Shown here piece after piece: positions 39,885-50,065 of a stretch of 64,000 nt of DNA. Below the pieces are notes generated by a model. The model saw only the letters and a list, made by a program, of their open reading frames with translations, searched no databases and was not told where the DNA came from. This stretch comes from an archaeon (GTDB taxonomy: Archaea > Iainarchaeota > Iainarchaeia > Iainarchaeales > GCA-2688035). Numbering within the stretch: the stretch's first letter is position 1; each line of letters opens with the position of its first letter. Where the stretch lies: assembly GCA_035290965.1 (NCBI GenBank), contig DATDTD010000071.1, positions 48,155 through 112,154 on the forward strand. Reading direction: 5' to 3'. The position numbers and the translations under genes are program-made.

Positions 39885-41192
39885 TTGGATGTTGCGGTTG
39901 TAGGGACAGGTTATGTCGGACTGGTTGCAGGGGCATGCTTTGCTGAAATGGGAAACAAGGTGCACTGCGTCGACATTGACAAAAAAAAGATTGAAATTCT
40001 GAATTCGGGAAAATGCCCGATTTACGAGCCGGGATTGGAGCCTCTGCTTGAGAGAAATGCAAAGGCAGGCAGGCTGTTTTTTACAACAGACATAAAGAAA
40101 GCGGTTAAGGAAAGCGCGATTATTTTCATTGCAGTAGGAACCCCTCCAAAGCCGAACGGGGATGCGGATCTGAGCTTTGTGGAAAACGTTGCAAGGACAA
40201 TTGCCGAGACTGCAACCGAAAGCAAGATTGTTGTGGAAAAAAGCACTGTGCCTGTTGAAACAGGAGAAAGGATTGCTAGTGTCTTGAAACTTTACAATCC
40301 GCACAAGGTTGAATTTTTTGTGGTTAGCAATCCGGAATTCCTGCGCGAGGGCTCGGCAGTAAAGGATTTTCTGGAGCCTGACAGGATTGTAATAGGAACT
40401 GACAGCGGGCATGCAAGAAAAATAATGGAAGAGCTCTACAAGCCCTTGAACGCAAAAATTTTGTTTACTGATGTCAAGAGCGCCGAAATAATAAAGCACG
40501 CGAGCAACAGCTTCCTTGCGACAAAAATTTCTTTCATAAATGCAGTGGCAAACATATGCGAAAAAACAGGGGCAGACATAAAAAAGGTTGCAGAGGGAAT
40601 GGGATTGGACAAAAGAATAGGAAGGTCCTTCCTGGATTCGGGAATCGGATACGGGGGGTTCTGCTTTCCGAAGGACGTGGAGGCATTTATCCGGATTTCG
40701 GAAAAACTGGGATATGATTTCAAATTATTGAGGGAGGTCCAGAGCGTCAATGAAAACCAGAGAAAGATTTTTGTGAAAAAAATAGAGAAAAAGCTCTGGA
40801 ACCTGAACGGAAAAAAAATAGGTGTTTTAGGACTGTCTTTCAAGCCTAACACTGACGACATGAGGTTTGCGCCGAGCATTGAAATAATAAAAATGCTGCA
40901 GCAGGAAGGCGCGAACATAAGCGCTTTCGACCCTGCCGCAATGGAAAGGGCAAAGGCTGATTTGAACGGCATTGAATACTGCGAAAACTGCTATGATGCC
41001 GCAAAAGATTCCGAGGCGCTGCTCATACTGACTGAATGGCAGGAATTCCTGAATCTTGATTTCAAAAAAATCAAGGATTCAATGAAAACGCCTTTTTTGT
41101 TCGACGGCAGAAACTGCCTTGAACAGGCTGAAATGAAAAAAATAGGTTTCAATTACTGCGGAGTCGGAAGGCACGCAAAACTCGAGGATTAA
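39885..41192 (+). CDS. ugd: UDP-glucose 6-dehydrogenase
   Basis: GTGYVG, KSTVP, NPEFLREG, GYGGFCFPKD and FKPNTDD. Confidence 0.95.
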   Translation: MDVAVVGTGYVGLVAGACFAEMGNKVHCVDIDKKKIEILNSGKCPIYEPGLEPLLERNAKAGRLFFTTDIKKAVKESAIIFIAVGTPPKPNGDADLSFVENVARTIAETATESKIVVEKSTVPVETGERIASVLKLYNPHKVEFFVVSNPEFLREGSAVKDFLEPDRIVIGTDSGHARKIMEELYKPLNAKILFTDVKSAEIIKHASNSFLATKISFINAVANICEKTGADIKKVAEGMGLDKRIGRSFLDSGIGYGGFCFPKDVEAFIRISEKLGYDFKLLREVQSVNENQRKIFVKKIEKKLWNLNGKKIGVLGLSFKPNTDDMRFAPSIEIIKMLQQEGANISAFDPAAMERAKADLNGIEYCENCYDAAKDSEALLILTEWQEFLNLDFKKIKDSMKTPFLFDGRNCLEQAEMKKIGFNYCGVGRHAKLED

Positions 41193-41207
41193 AAAAAAGT
41201 GTTTTGA

Positions 41208-41969
41208 ATGAAAGCAATAATTCCGGTAGCTGGTTATGCGACAAGAATGTATCCTCTCACTGAAAACATGCCGAAGGCTCTGCTCGAGGTTGCGGGAAAG
41301 CCGATGATGGAACATGTCTTTGAAAAAATTTCAGAACTGAAGGAAATAGAACAGGTTGTTGTTGTTTCAAACCACAAGTATTTTGAAAGATTCCGCGAAT
41401 GGGCCGAAAAATTCGGGCGCAGAACAAAAATTCCAATTTTAGTGATTGACGACGGAACTGCTTCGAGCGAAAACAGGCTCGGCGCAATAGGGGATGCGCA
41501 GTTTGCCGTGGAAAAAGCTGGCATTAATGGGGACCTGCTCTGGATTTCAGGCGACAATCTCTTTACCTTTTCCCTGAAGGAAATGCAGAAGGAGTTTGAA
41601 GAAAAAAAAACCGATTTGATTGCATGCTATGATGTAAGGGATTCTGAAGAGACAAAAAAAATGTCGGAAGCAAGGCTTGATTCTGAAAACAGGGTTGTTT
41701 TTTTCGAGGAAAAGCCGCAGCACCCTGAAACAACCCAGGTTTCAATAGGAATTTATTTTTACACCGCGGAAACAGTAAGGCTGTTCAAAAAATATCTCGA
41801 GGAAGGGAACAGCCCGGATAAGCCGGGAGAGTTTGTCCAGTGGCTCTACAAGCAGAAGCCTGTTTTTGCAAAAGTTTTTGGCGGAAAAAAAGACTTCTGG
41901 TTTGACATAGGCAGCCTGCAGATGTTCGAGCACGTGAAAATAGAATTCGCGAAACTTGCCAAAAAGTGA
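41208..41969 (+). CDS. Sugar-phosphate nucleotidyltransferase
   Basis: PVAGYATRMYPLT, PKALL, GDN, EEKP and WFDIG. Confidence 0.9.
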   Translation: MKAIIPVAGYATRMYPLTENMPKALLEVAGKPMMEHVFEKISELKEIEQVVVVSNHKYFERFREWAEKFGRRTKIPILVIDDGTASSENRLGAIGDAQFAVEKAGINGDLLWISGDNLFTFSLKEMQKEFEEKKTDLIACYDVRDSEETKKMSEARLDSENRVVFFEEKPQHPETTQVSIGIYFYTAETVRLFKKYLEEGNSPDKPGEFVQWLYKQKPVFAKVFGGKKDFWFDIGSLQMFEHVKIEFAKLAKK

Positions 41970-42024
41970 ATTAAAAAAACATTTGCACAAGAGATTTTTG
42001 CATAACTTGCTTTGGTCTTGAAAA

Positions 42025-42963
42025 ATGCCTGAAAAGGTTCTTGTAACAGGGGGAGCGGGATTCATCGGCTCCACAACCGCAGATTTGCTTATTGAAAACG
42101 GGTTTGAAGTATGCATTGTTGACAATCTTTTCATGGGAAAAAAAGAAAACATTCCGAAAAAAGCAGTTTTTTACAAGGCGGATGTAAGGGAAAAAAAAGC
42201 CCTGCAGAAAATTTTTGAAAAGGAAAAGCCGCAGTATGCAATGCACTTTGCGGCACACATGAATCTGAGGCAGTCAATCACTGACCCTTTTTTCAACGCG
42301 GACGTGAATATCACAGGTTCCCTGAACCTGCTTGAATGCTGCAGGGAGGCAAAAACAAAAAAAATTATTTTTGCCTCTTCGGGGGGCGCTGCTTATGGGG
42401 ATCCTTTTGAACTGCCTGTTCCCGAAAGCCATGCCCTTCAGCCGCTGTCGCCATATGGGGCTTCGAAAATAGCGGTTGAACAGTATCTTTTTTCCTACTG
42501 GAAAAATTTCGGGCTTGATTTTACGGCAATGAGATATGCGAATGTTTACGGACCGCGGCAGAATCCTGAAAGCGAAGCGGGAGTAATTTCCATTTTTGCA
42601 AGGGCAATGCTTGAAAATCGGGAGCCGCTTATTTTTGGAAACGGAGAACAGACAAGGGATTTTGTTTTTTCAGGGGATGTCGCAAGGGCAAACTTGCTCG
42701 CGCTGAAAAAAGATACAAAAAGAAAAATCTTCAATATAGGGACAAGCGAGGAGCACTCTGTAAACGAAATTTTTTCATATTTAAAAAAATTTTTCGGGTT
42801 TGAAAAAGGCGCTGTTAAAAAGCCGGCAATTTCCGGAGAAGTGAAAAGAATTTCGCTTGACAATTCGAATGCAAAAAAAGAGCTTTCATGGGCTCCCGAA
42901 ACCAGCTTTGCAAAAGGCCTTGAAATCACTGCAGAATGGTTCAAAAAAGAGGCTGAAAAATGA
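42025..42963 (+). CDS. galE: UDP-glucose 4-epimerase-like NAD-dependent epimerase
   Basis: [19 protein letters not shown] and [10 protein letters not shown]. Confidence 0.85.
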   Translation: MPEKVLVTGGAGFIGSTTADLLIENGFEVCIVDNLFMGKKENIPKKAVFYKADVREKKALQKIFEKEKPQYAMHFAAHMNLRQSITDPFFNADVNITGSLNLLECCREAKTKKIIFASSGGAAYGDPFELPVPESHALQPLSPYGASKIAVEQYLFSYWKNFGLDFTAMRYANVYGPRQNPESEAGVISIFARAMLENREPLIFGNGEQTRDFVFSGDVARANLLALKKDTKRKIFNIGTSEEHSVNEIFSYLKKFFGFEKGAVKKPAISGEVKRISLDNSNAKKELSWAPETSFAKGLEITAEWFKKEAEK

Positions 42964-43886
42964 AAATAATTGTCGCGGGCGGCGCAGGCTTCATTGGAAG
43001 CCATTTGTGCGAAAGGCTTATTGAAGAGGAAAATGAAGTAATTGCACTAGACAATTTCTGCACTGGAACAAAAAAAAACATTGAACTGCTTGAAAAAAAC
43101 AAAAATTTTTCTTTTTTAGAGCACGATATTCAGGAGCCTCTGGAAATAGAAGAAAAAATCTCGCAGGTTTACAACTGCGCCTCTCCCGCAAGCCCTGTGG
43201 ATTTTTCAAAAATACCCATTGAAATAATGCTTACAAACTCTCTGGGAATAAAAAACCTTCTCGATTTCTGCCTTGAAAAAAAGGCAAGGTTTCTGCAGAC
43301 ATCAACCTCTGAAGTTTACGGCGATCCCCTCGAACATCCGCAGAAAGAATCCTACTGGGGAAATGTAAATCCGATAGGGCAGAGGGCGTGCTATGATGAG
43401 GCAAAGAGATTCGCGGAAGCGCTTATAATGTCGTACAAAAGGGCGAAGAATCTTGAAGTGCGCATAGCGAGAATTTTCAATACCTTCGGGCCGAGGATGC
43501 GGAAGGACGACGGAAGAGCTATTCCGGAATTCATAGGAAAGGCGCTGCAGAATCTCCCTTTGGAGGTTTTCGGAAGCGGGAAACAGACAAGGAGCTTCTG
43601 CTATGTTTCAGACCAGGTTGCGGGATTAATTGCACTGATGAATTCTGATTTTACAGGGCCTGTAAATATCGGAAATCCAGTGGAAATAACACTGCTCGAG
43701 CTTGCGCAGAAAACAATTGAATTTTCAGGTTCAAAATCAAAAATTGTTTTTAAGGCACTGCCCCAGGACGACCCAAAAAAAAGAAAGCCCGACATTTCCC
43801 TTGCAAGGGAAAAATTGTCCTGGGAGCCTAAGGAAAAATGGGAAAACGGGCTGAAAAAGACAATTGAATGGTTCAAAAAAAACTGA
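42960..43886 (+). CDS. UDP-glucuronate decarboxylase (UDP-xylose synthase family)
   Basis: [31 protein letters not shown] and [10 protein letters not shown]. Confidence 0.92.
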   Translation: MKIIVAGGAGFIGSHLCERLIEEENEVIALDNFCTGTKKNIELLEKNKNFSFLEHDIQEPLEIEEKISQVYNCASPASPVDFSKIPIEIMLTNSLGIKNLLDFCLEKKARFLQTSTSEVYGDPLEHPQKESYWGNVNPIGQRACYDEAKRFAEALIMSYKRAKNLEVRIARIFNTFGPRMRKDDGRAIPEFIGKALQNLPLEVFGSGKQTRSFCYVSDQVAGLIALMNSDFTGPVNIGNPVEITLLELAQKTIEFSGSKSKIVFKALPQDDPKKRKPDISLAREKLSWEPKEKWENGLKKTIEWFKKN

Positions 43887-43960
43887 TTCCTAAATTTGGA
43901 ATGTTTTTTCCAAGAGCATGGCTTTAAAAATTTTTTTTTCTTTATTCTATCGGTGCTATT

Positions 43961-46309
43961 TTGCTGAAAAAAGCCTTGATTGTTTTTTTTGCATTGCTTC
44001 TCCTGTCTTCGGGAGCCTTCGCAGTAATAACGCACGACACCATGAAAGTTTTTGCAGTAACAGAAGACGGGCAGACTGCAATGAGCGCTGATTTAGGCCT
44101 TACAATAGAATCCGGAACCGGAAGAGTATGGAGCAGCGTTGAACCCCTCATTGGAACTTCTACACAGGCAACTGAAAAAATAGCTGTTTCAATTGCAAAA
44201 AACTATTTTAGCAGGGTTGATGCCTATGATTACAAGTTCGACATCAACAGCAATGCATCCCTTGTAGACGGGCCGAGCGCGGGAGCCGCAATGACTCTGC
44301 TTGTTGTTTCAATGCTTGAAGACAAAAAAGTCCCTGAAAATGTCGGGATTACGGGAACAATTACAACAGACGGAAGCGTTGGGCAGGTTGGAGGAGTATT
44401 CAAAAAGGCGCAGGAAGCCGCGCGCATCGGAATAAAGCTTTTCATGATTCCTTCGGGGGAAGCAAAGCAGATAGTGAAAAACAATACAGTGGAATCAATA
44501 AACCTGATTGATTATGCCTCAAAAAACTGGGGCATGAAGGTAGTGGAAGTAAACAATATAGACGATGTATTAAAACTCGCTTTTACTGAAATTTCAAGCA
44601 TTGACGTGAACTCTGCAAAATCTGAAATGCCGGATTTTGTTCCCCAGTCAATTGCAATTTCGCCCAATCTTTCAAAAATGAAGGAACTCACAAACACTTA
44701 CATACAAAAAGCAACTGATTCTGTTTCAAACGCACGAAAAAGCCTCACTGGAACGCTTTTAAACGACCCGGGCACGCTTGATGCGCTGCTTGCCGCGCTT
44801 ACCAATGCGGAAGACAGCCTGCAGAGCGCAAAAATACTTGCAGACCAGAACTTTTTGTACAGCGCGGCAAACTATGCCTTTCTTGCACAGGTGAGCGCCA
44901 ACTTTGTTGGAGACATAAGCAAAGATCCTTCACTAGCGGACCCGGGCTCACCAAGCCTGGATTTAAGAATAATGGATTTGAAAAAACAGATTGAACAGCA
45001 GAAAAAGGACCTGAACGATTTTGTTCCCATAGAGGACTGGGAATGGCACATTGCCGCACAGGAAAGGCTTGAATGGGCGGAACAAAAAATAGACGCTTTG
45101 ATACAGCAGAAAACAGTTGCAATCCAGCCTGACGGCTCTGCGGATTCGCTGCAGGATTTGCAGGATTTCGAATTTGCGGGTGCATGGCTGGGCGCTTCAG
45201 AGAATTTTGCGGCATTGACAAAAACCTCGACAAAAAAAGTCCGCTCAAAAACAATGTTCAACAATGAAATTGCAACAAACATTCTCAATGCGCAGAACAA
45301 TATCAATGCGCTTCCTCAGGAGGACAATTCAGACACTGAAAGAAGGATTGAAACAGCAAAAAAAGAGCAGGAATACGGCTGGAGCGCTGCGGCATTGTTT
45401 GATTCCTCTTCGGCGCTTGCGCTTTCAAATGCGGCAATCTTTACCCAGAACAAGGATTTGAACGAACTGACAGGCGTTCTTGAACAAAAAACAGCTGATT
45501 TGAAACAGCAGCTCGCGCAAAAAGGAAACAATTTTGCATGGGCACAATTGTATCTCGACCATGCAAATTATTACCTTGAAGGAGTTTATTTTTACAAAAG
45601 CAAGGGCATGAATCTGCAGGCTCTTGAAATGGCAAAAAGCGGTGTTTCAATCGCTTACTTGGCGGAAGCAATCTTCAATGCCTCAAAGCAAGCCGATGCG
45701 TATTATTCAAGCGTTCCGCAGTCAGAGCTTGTTGCAGTGGAAAACAGCCAGGTAATCTTTTTGCCAAGCGAGGAAATTATCCCCGCAATAACTGCATTGT
45801 TAATAGTGGCAATAATCCTTGTTTCATTGTTTTTGCTTGTGCGCTATTACAAAAAAGTTCCCGCAAAGAATTCCGCAGAGGCAATAAAACAGGCGAGGGC
45901 AAGGCTTGATTCATTGTTTGCGGAAAAAAAGATTTCTCTGGAAAAATATCTGGAAATGCATTCAATTCTTGAAAGCAGGCTGCAGGAAATCGGAAGAGAC
46001 AGGGCTTCCTTGAGCCATACGACAGTGAAAAACGACAGAATGCGCTTCGAGTTACAAGCCTTGAGAAAAACCCTTCTGGAACTGCAGAAACAGCGGAAAC
46101 AGGGAGTAATAACAAAAAGAGACTTTGAAAAAAGCTCTGCAAAAATAGCTTTAAAAATAGCTTTTTTGAGAAAGGCGATTGCCGAAGACGAAAAGGATAT
46201 TTCTGCGGAAAAAAGCAAAATAAAAAAAGAGCTTGTTGATTACAGCGCGGAAGCAAAAAAAATAGTTTCATCCGCAAAAAAAGCAAAAACAAAAAAAGAA
46301 AAAAAATAA
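43961..46309 (+). CDS. Secreted, membrane-anchored S16 (Lon-type Ser-Lys) protease
   Basis: Signal peptide, DGPSAG, TGTI, VGGVFKK, long helical region and a C-terminal TM helix. Confidence 0.85.
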   Translation: MLKKALIVFFALLLLSSGAFAVITHDTMKVFAVTEDGQTAMSADLGLTIESGTGRVWSSVEPLIGTSTQATEKIAVSIAKNYFSRVDAYDYKFDINSNASLVDGPSAGAAMTLLVVSMLEDKKVPENVGITGTITTDGSVGQVGGVFKKAQEAARIGIKLFMIPSGEAKQIVKNNTVESINLIDYASKNWGMKVVEVNNIDDVLKLAFTEISSIDVNSAKSEMPDFVPQSIAISPNLSKMKELTNTYIQKATDSVSNARKSLTGTLLNDPGTLDALLAALTNAEDSLQSAKILADQNFLYSAANYAFLAQVSANFVGDISKDPSLADPGSPSLDLRIMDLKKQIEQQKKDLNDFVPIEDWEWHIAAQERLEWAEQKIDALIQQKTVAIQPDGSADSLQDLQDFEFAGAWLGASENFAALTKTSTKKVRSKTMFNNEIATNILNAQNNINALPQEDNSDTERRIETAKKEQEYGWSAAALFDSSSALALSNAAIFTQNKDLNELTGVLEQKTADLKQQLAQKGNNFAWAQLYLDHANYYLEGVYFYKSKGMNLQALEMAKSGVSIAYLAEAIFNASKQADAYYSSVPQSELVAVENSQVIFLPSEEIIPAITALLIVAIILVSLFLLVRYYKKVPAKNSAEAIKQARARLDSLFAEKKISLEKYLEMHSILESRLQEIGRDRASLSHTTVKNDRMRFELQALRKTLLELQKQRKQGVITKRDFEKSSAKIALKIAFLRKAIAEDEKDISAEKSKIKKELVDYSAEAKKIVSSAKKAKTKKEKK

Positions 46310-49306
46310 TCAGGCAGTTGAAAAATTCTGGTTCTGCGCGTCAAGCTCTTCTTTTAGTTTCAATCCCACTACGCTGCTTTTCTGCCTGTTCAAGGCAACT
46401 CCGATTACCTGGCTTGCGCTCTGAATCAAGGGGTCATTGTGCGTAATTACAAGGAACTGGGATTTCTTGCTCATTTCCTTTATGAGGCCGACCATTTTTG
46501 CCGAGTTCTGCTTGTCAAGCGCTGCATCTGCCTCGTCAAAAACATAAAAAGGCGCGGGCTCGTACAACTGGATTGAAAACAAAAATGCAAGTGCTGCAAG
46601 TGTTTTTTCCCCGCCACTCATTGAATCAATGTTTTTCAGGACAGTGCCCTTGTGCTTTGCCTCAATCAGCAGGCCGGCTTCAAGAGGATTTGAAGGATTG
46701 CTCAGTGACAGCTGTCCGGAACCGGAAAACAATTCAAGGAAAACCCTTGAAAAATTCTTGTTCAGCTCATTGAAACAATCCATAAAAAAGCTTGTCCTCT
46801 TGAATTCAATCTTCTGAATCAGGTCAAGGACTGCGGTTTTTTCCTCTCCAAGAGTGCCGAGCTTCTGCCTTACATCCACGACTTCCTTCTGCAGCTCTTC
46901 AAACGATTCAACAGCCTTCATGTTTATTGCGCCGAGCTCTGCAATTCTTTTTTCAATTTCAATCACGCGCCTCTGCAGCTGCTTTTCATCGGCAAAATCT
47001 TTCAGGCGCGGAGTTTCGGCATACTGGGCGAATTCCTCTCCCAAATCAGAAAGCCTTACTTCAAGCTTTGAGTTCTCAATCTTAAAATCGTTTGCCTGCT
47101 GTTCAGTGCGCCGAATTTTCTGCTGCAAAGAATTTTTCCTTTCAAAGGAGACCGAAAGCTTCTGGTCTGCAAGGCTTTTTTCCTCCAACAAGCGTGCGCT
47201 TGCCTTTTCGGATTTTTTCATTTCTTCCTGCAAAGCAAGGAATTCCTTTTCAAGCAGAAGCAGTTTTGCGTCTCCGTTCCCTGTTTCCTTCTGCATTTCA
47301 GCATTGAATTTTTTCAGCTGGGAAATCTCTTCTTCCAGAAAAGACTTTTCCTCCGAGCTTTTTTCATTGCCGTGCAGAAAAAGCGATTTTTTCTGCTCGA
47401 GCAAACCGAAACGCAGCTGGATTTCATTAATCGAATTTGCAAGCGAAGAATGCTTTTCAAAGCCTGTGCCTGCCCTGAACTGCCTTGCCTCGTTTTCCTT
47501 TGCGGATTTTTTCGCTTTTGCCGCAAGCAATTGTTCCTCGAGCTTTTTTGCATCGCGCTCCTTCTGCTCAAGGGAATTTGCCGCAAGGGCTCTGCGCAGC
47601 TTTGAGTTTTTTTCCTCAAGCAGGGAATGCTTCTGCCTTATTTCTGAAAGATTAAAAACATCTGATTCAAGCTCGCGCTTTTTTTCAAAAATATTTTCGA
47701 GCAGCAATTTTTTTTCTTCAAGCTTTTTTGCATCCCTTGAAAAAACACCCAGCTTTGAATTCAGCTCTGCAAGCAAATCCTGCTTTTTTTCCATAAGCGA
47801 TTTCTTTTTTTCTGCTGAGAGCTTTGAATCGCATACAGGGCAGCTTGCAATCTGCTTCTGGAGCTCCTTCACTGCCTTCTGGGCTTCAAGAATTCCAGCT
47901 TCAAGAGTCTTGCTTTCAAGAAGGTTTTTTTTGCTTTCCTCGAGCGCAAGGGCAAGCTCTGATTTCAAATCCTTGTGCTCCTGCAGAAGCACGTCAAGGC
48001 TTTTTTTCCTTGATTCCTTTCTTTCAAGCTCTGAGCGCAGCTTTTCAAGTTCCGAGAAAGACTCCTGCAATAACTGCTTTGAAAAATCTATTTCGCGCTT
48101 AATGGATGAGATTTCTGATTTTTTTTCAAAAAGCGATTTCTGGATTTTTGCCTCTTCATCCGCAAATGCGAGCGTTTCCTTTTCAAGCTGCTTCAGGAAC
48201 TGTTCCTGCCCCAATCCCTTTTCCTCAAGGATTTTTTTGTTCTGTTTGAGGGCTGACAATTGTTCCTGCAGTTCCGGCAGTTCCTTTTCAATGCCTGAAA
48301 GCTCTTTTTCGCGCGAATTTTTTTCATTCAGAAGAAGCTTTACTTTTTCGTTCAGGGAAAAAATCTTGGCATTGTTTTTTTCAAGCATGTGCTTTTTTGT
48401 TTCAAGCGACTGCTGCAAAAGCATTTTTTCGGATTTTTTTTCCTCTGCCTTTATCCCGAAGTTTGAAAAAGTGCGCTCGCTCGCGCTCAGGATCTGGCTG
48501 TTTAATTCCTCAATCGACTGCCGAAGCTGCCCTGTTTTTTCATCCTCCTCGAAAATCTTTTTCTGAAGGGAGTTCTGCTCTTCTTCAAGCGAAAAAATCC
48601 TGTCGGAATTTTCCTTTCGAGAGGAGGTTATTTTTTCCATTTCAAGGAAAAGCCCTGTTGCAGTTGCCTGTTTTTTTTCCTCGCGCAGCTTTTCGAATTC
48701 AAGCGCTGCCTGCCTGTCTTTTTCAAGGCTCTGAAGGTAGTTTTCCCTTTCGGAAAGCACAATGCCAGCGTCCTTTATTTTTGTTTCAACTCTTTCAAGG
48801 TTTTTCAGGGACTCGACTTTTTTTTCATCGAATTCATGCAGGCCCGCTAATTCGTCAATAATCTGGCGCCTTTCTTCTGGAGACATTTCTATTATTCTTG
48901 TTGCATCGCCCTGCACTACAATATTGTGCCCGTTGGGCTTTATTCCCATCTCAGAAAGGAGGGAGCTTATTTCATTGAGTGTTTTTCTCTGGTCGTTTAA
49001 TCTGTAAACGCTTTTTCCCTGCTTGTCAATCATTCTGCTTATTTCATAGCGCGCATCGTTGTGCTTTATTACCAGATCGACTTTTGCATAGTTTTCCATT
49101 GCAGTGTTGTTGACAAGTTCCGAAAGCTTTGCCGCGCGCAGTGTTTTCAAAGAGGTTGTTCCGAGCGCAAACATAAGCGCGTCGAGAATGTTTGTTTTTC
49201 CGCAGCCGTTTCCCCCCACAATCGCAGTAAAGCCGTCGGCAAACGGGATTTCGGCCTTGCGGAAGCTCTTGAAGTTTTTCAAAACCAGCTTTTGGAGCTT
49301 TACCAT
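46310..49306 (-). CDS. smc: SMC-family ATPase with a central CxxC
   Basis: NFKSF, Walker A GGNGCGKT, VQG, signature MSGGEK, PFYVFDEADAALD, long coiled coils and CPVC at residue 489 of 998. Confidence 0.85.
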   Translation of the reverse strand: MVKLQKLVLKNFKSFRKAEIPFADGFTAIVGGNGCGKTNILDALMFALGTTSLKTLRAAKLSELVNNTAMENYAKVDLVIKHNDARYEISRMIDKQGKSVYRLNDQRKTLNEISSLLSEMGIKPNGHNIVVQGDATRIIEMSPEERRQIIDELAGLHEFDEKKVESLKNLERVETKIKDAGIVLSERENYLQSLEKDRQAALEFEKLREEKKQATATGLFLEMEKITSSRKENSDRIFSLEEEQNSLQKKIFEEDEKTGQLRQSIEELNSQILSASERTFSNFGIKAEEKKSEKMLLQQSLETKKHMLEKNNAKIFSLNEKVKLLLNEKNSREKELSGIEKELPELQEQLSALKQNKKILEEKGLGQEQFLKQLEKETLAFADEEAKIQKSLFEKKSEISSIKREIDFSKQLLQESFSELEKLRSELERKESRKKSLDVLLQEHKDLKSELALALEESKKNLLESKTLEAGILEAQKAVKELQKQIASCPVCDSKLSAEKKKSLMEKKQDLLAELNSKLGVFSRDAKKLEEKKLLLENIFEKKRELESDVFNLSEIRQKHSLLEEKNSKLRRALAANSLEQKERDAKKLEEQLLAAKAKKSAKENEARQFRAGTGFEKHSSLANSINEIQLRFGLLEQKKSLFLHGNEKSSEEKSFLEEEISQLKKFNAEMQKETGNGDAKLLLLEKEFLALQEEMKKSEKASARLLEEKSLADQKLSVSFERKNSLQQKIRRTEQQANDFKIENSKLEVRLSDLGEEFAQYAETPRLKDFADEKQLQRRVIEIEKRIAELGAINMKAVESFEELQKEVVDVRQKLGTLGEEKTAVLDLIQKIEFKRTSFFMDCFNELNKNFSRVFLELFSGSGQLSLSNPSNPLEAGLLIEAKHKGTVLKNIDSMSGGEKTLAALAFLFSIQLYEPAPFYVFDEADAALDKQNSAKMVGLIKEMSKKSQFLVITHNDPLIQSASQVIGVALNRQKSSVVGLKLKEELDAQNQNFSTA

Positions 49307-49429
49307 TCTTTATTCCCCGAAAAAAAGGCATTAAGGCGCCAGATAGGTTTTTGAAGGAAAGGATTTAAAAATAAATTTTTAAGCAAAAAAGCGCGCAAAC
49401 AATTTGCATTTGCAGTGAAAGGCACGCGT

Positions 49430-50065
49430 TCACGACGGAAAAAATCCCTCGTCCATTGCCCATCTTCTCATTTGCGCCAATAAGTTCATGTCTTTGGAGT
49501 TTTTCGCGGCTTCAAGAGCCATTCCCCAGTATCTTCCAGATTCCTTGCTTCTGCCCTTAAACTTGTGCTCGCACGAAACCGCGAGGCTTGCCCAAAGTGC
49601 CGCCAGCTCCTTCAATTCCTGCGGTTTTTTTGCAAACGCAGTTGCTTTCAAAAGAACTTTTTCCGCGTCTTCAATCTGGCTGAATTGCGAGGCATAATGC
49701 GAGGCTCGAAGCATAACAGAATATCGTTCCAAAAACAGGTGAAACCTCTTTGCTTTCGAAATCTTGGCTCTGCTGCGTATTTCTTCTGCAGAAAGATGGG
49801 GAAGCCCCGCCAGTATTTTCTGAATGCGTTCCTGCAATTCATTGCGGGCTTCGGGAGTCACAGCATGCTTTTGAAGTTCAATCATGAGATTGGAAAAATG
49901 GCCGCTGTCAAAGTCTCCGCGGGTACTGACCAGAAAATTGTCAAGCCTGTCAAAAACCCTGTCGATTTGCGCAGCAGTAAAATATTTTTTGGACGGAATG
50001 CGGCTGGCACGGTATCTTTGCCTGTTTTTTGCAGCCGTTTTGCCTGCGCGCTTTTCAACGGGCAT
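49430..50065 (-). CDS. Hypothetical helical protein with a basic N-terminus
   Basis: Begins MPVEKRAGKTAAKNRQRYR; helical-repeat-like C-terminal half. Confidence 0.6.
   Translation of the reverse strand: MPVEKRAGKTAAKNRQRYRASRIPSKKYFTAAQIDRVFDRLDNFLVSTRGDFDSGHFSNLMIELQKHAVTPEARNELQERIQKILAGLPHLSAEEIRSRAKISKAKRFHLFLERYSVMLRASHYASQFSQIEDAEKVLLKATAFAKKPQELKELAALWASLAVSCEHKFKGRSKESGRYWGMALEAAKNSKDMNLLAQMRRWAMDEGFFPS

Noticed and set aside
46854..48566. 570-aa plus-strand ORF and the many other antisense ORFs in the track
   Set aside because: These are Ser/Phe-rich shadows of Lys/Glu-rich genes on the opposite strand, with no recognisable motifs.
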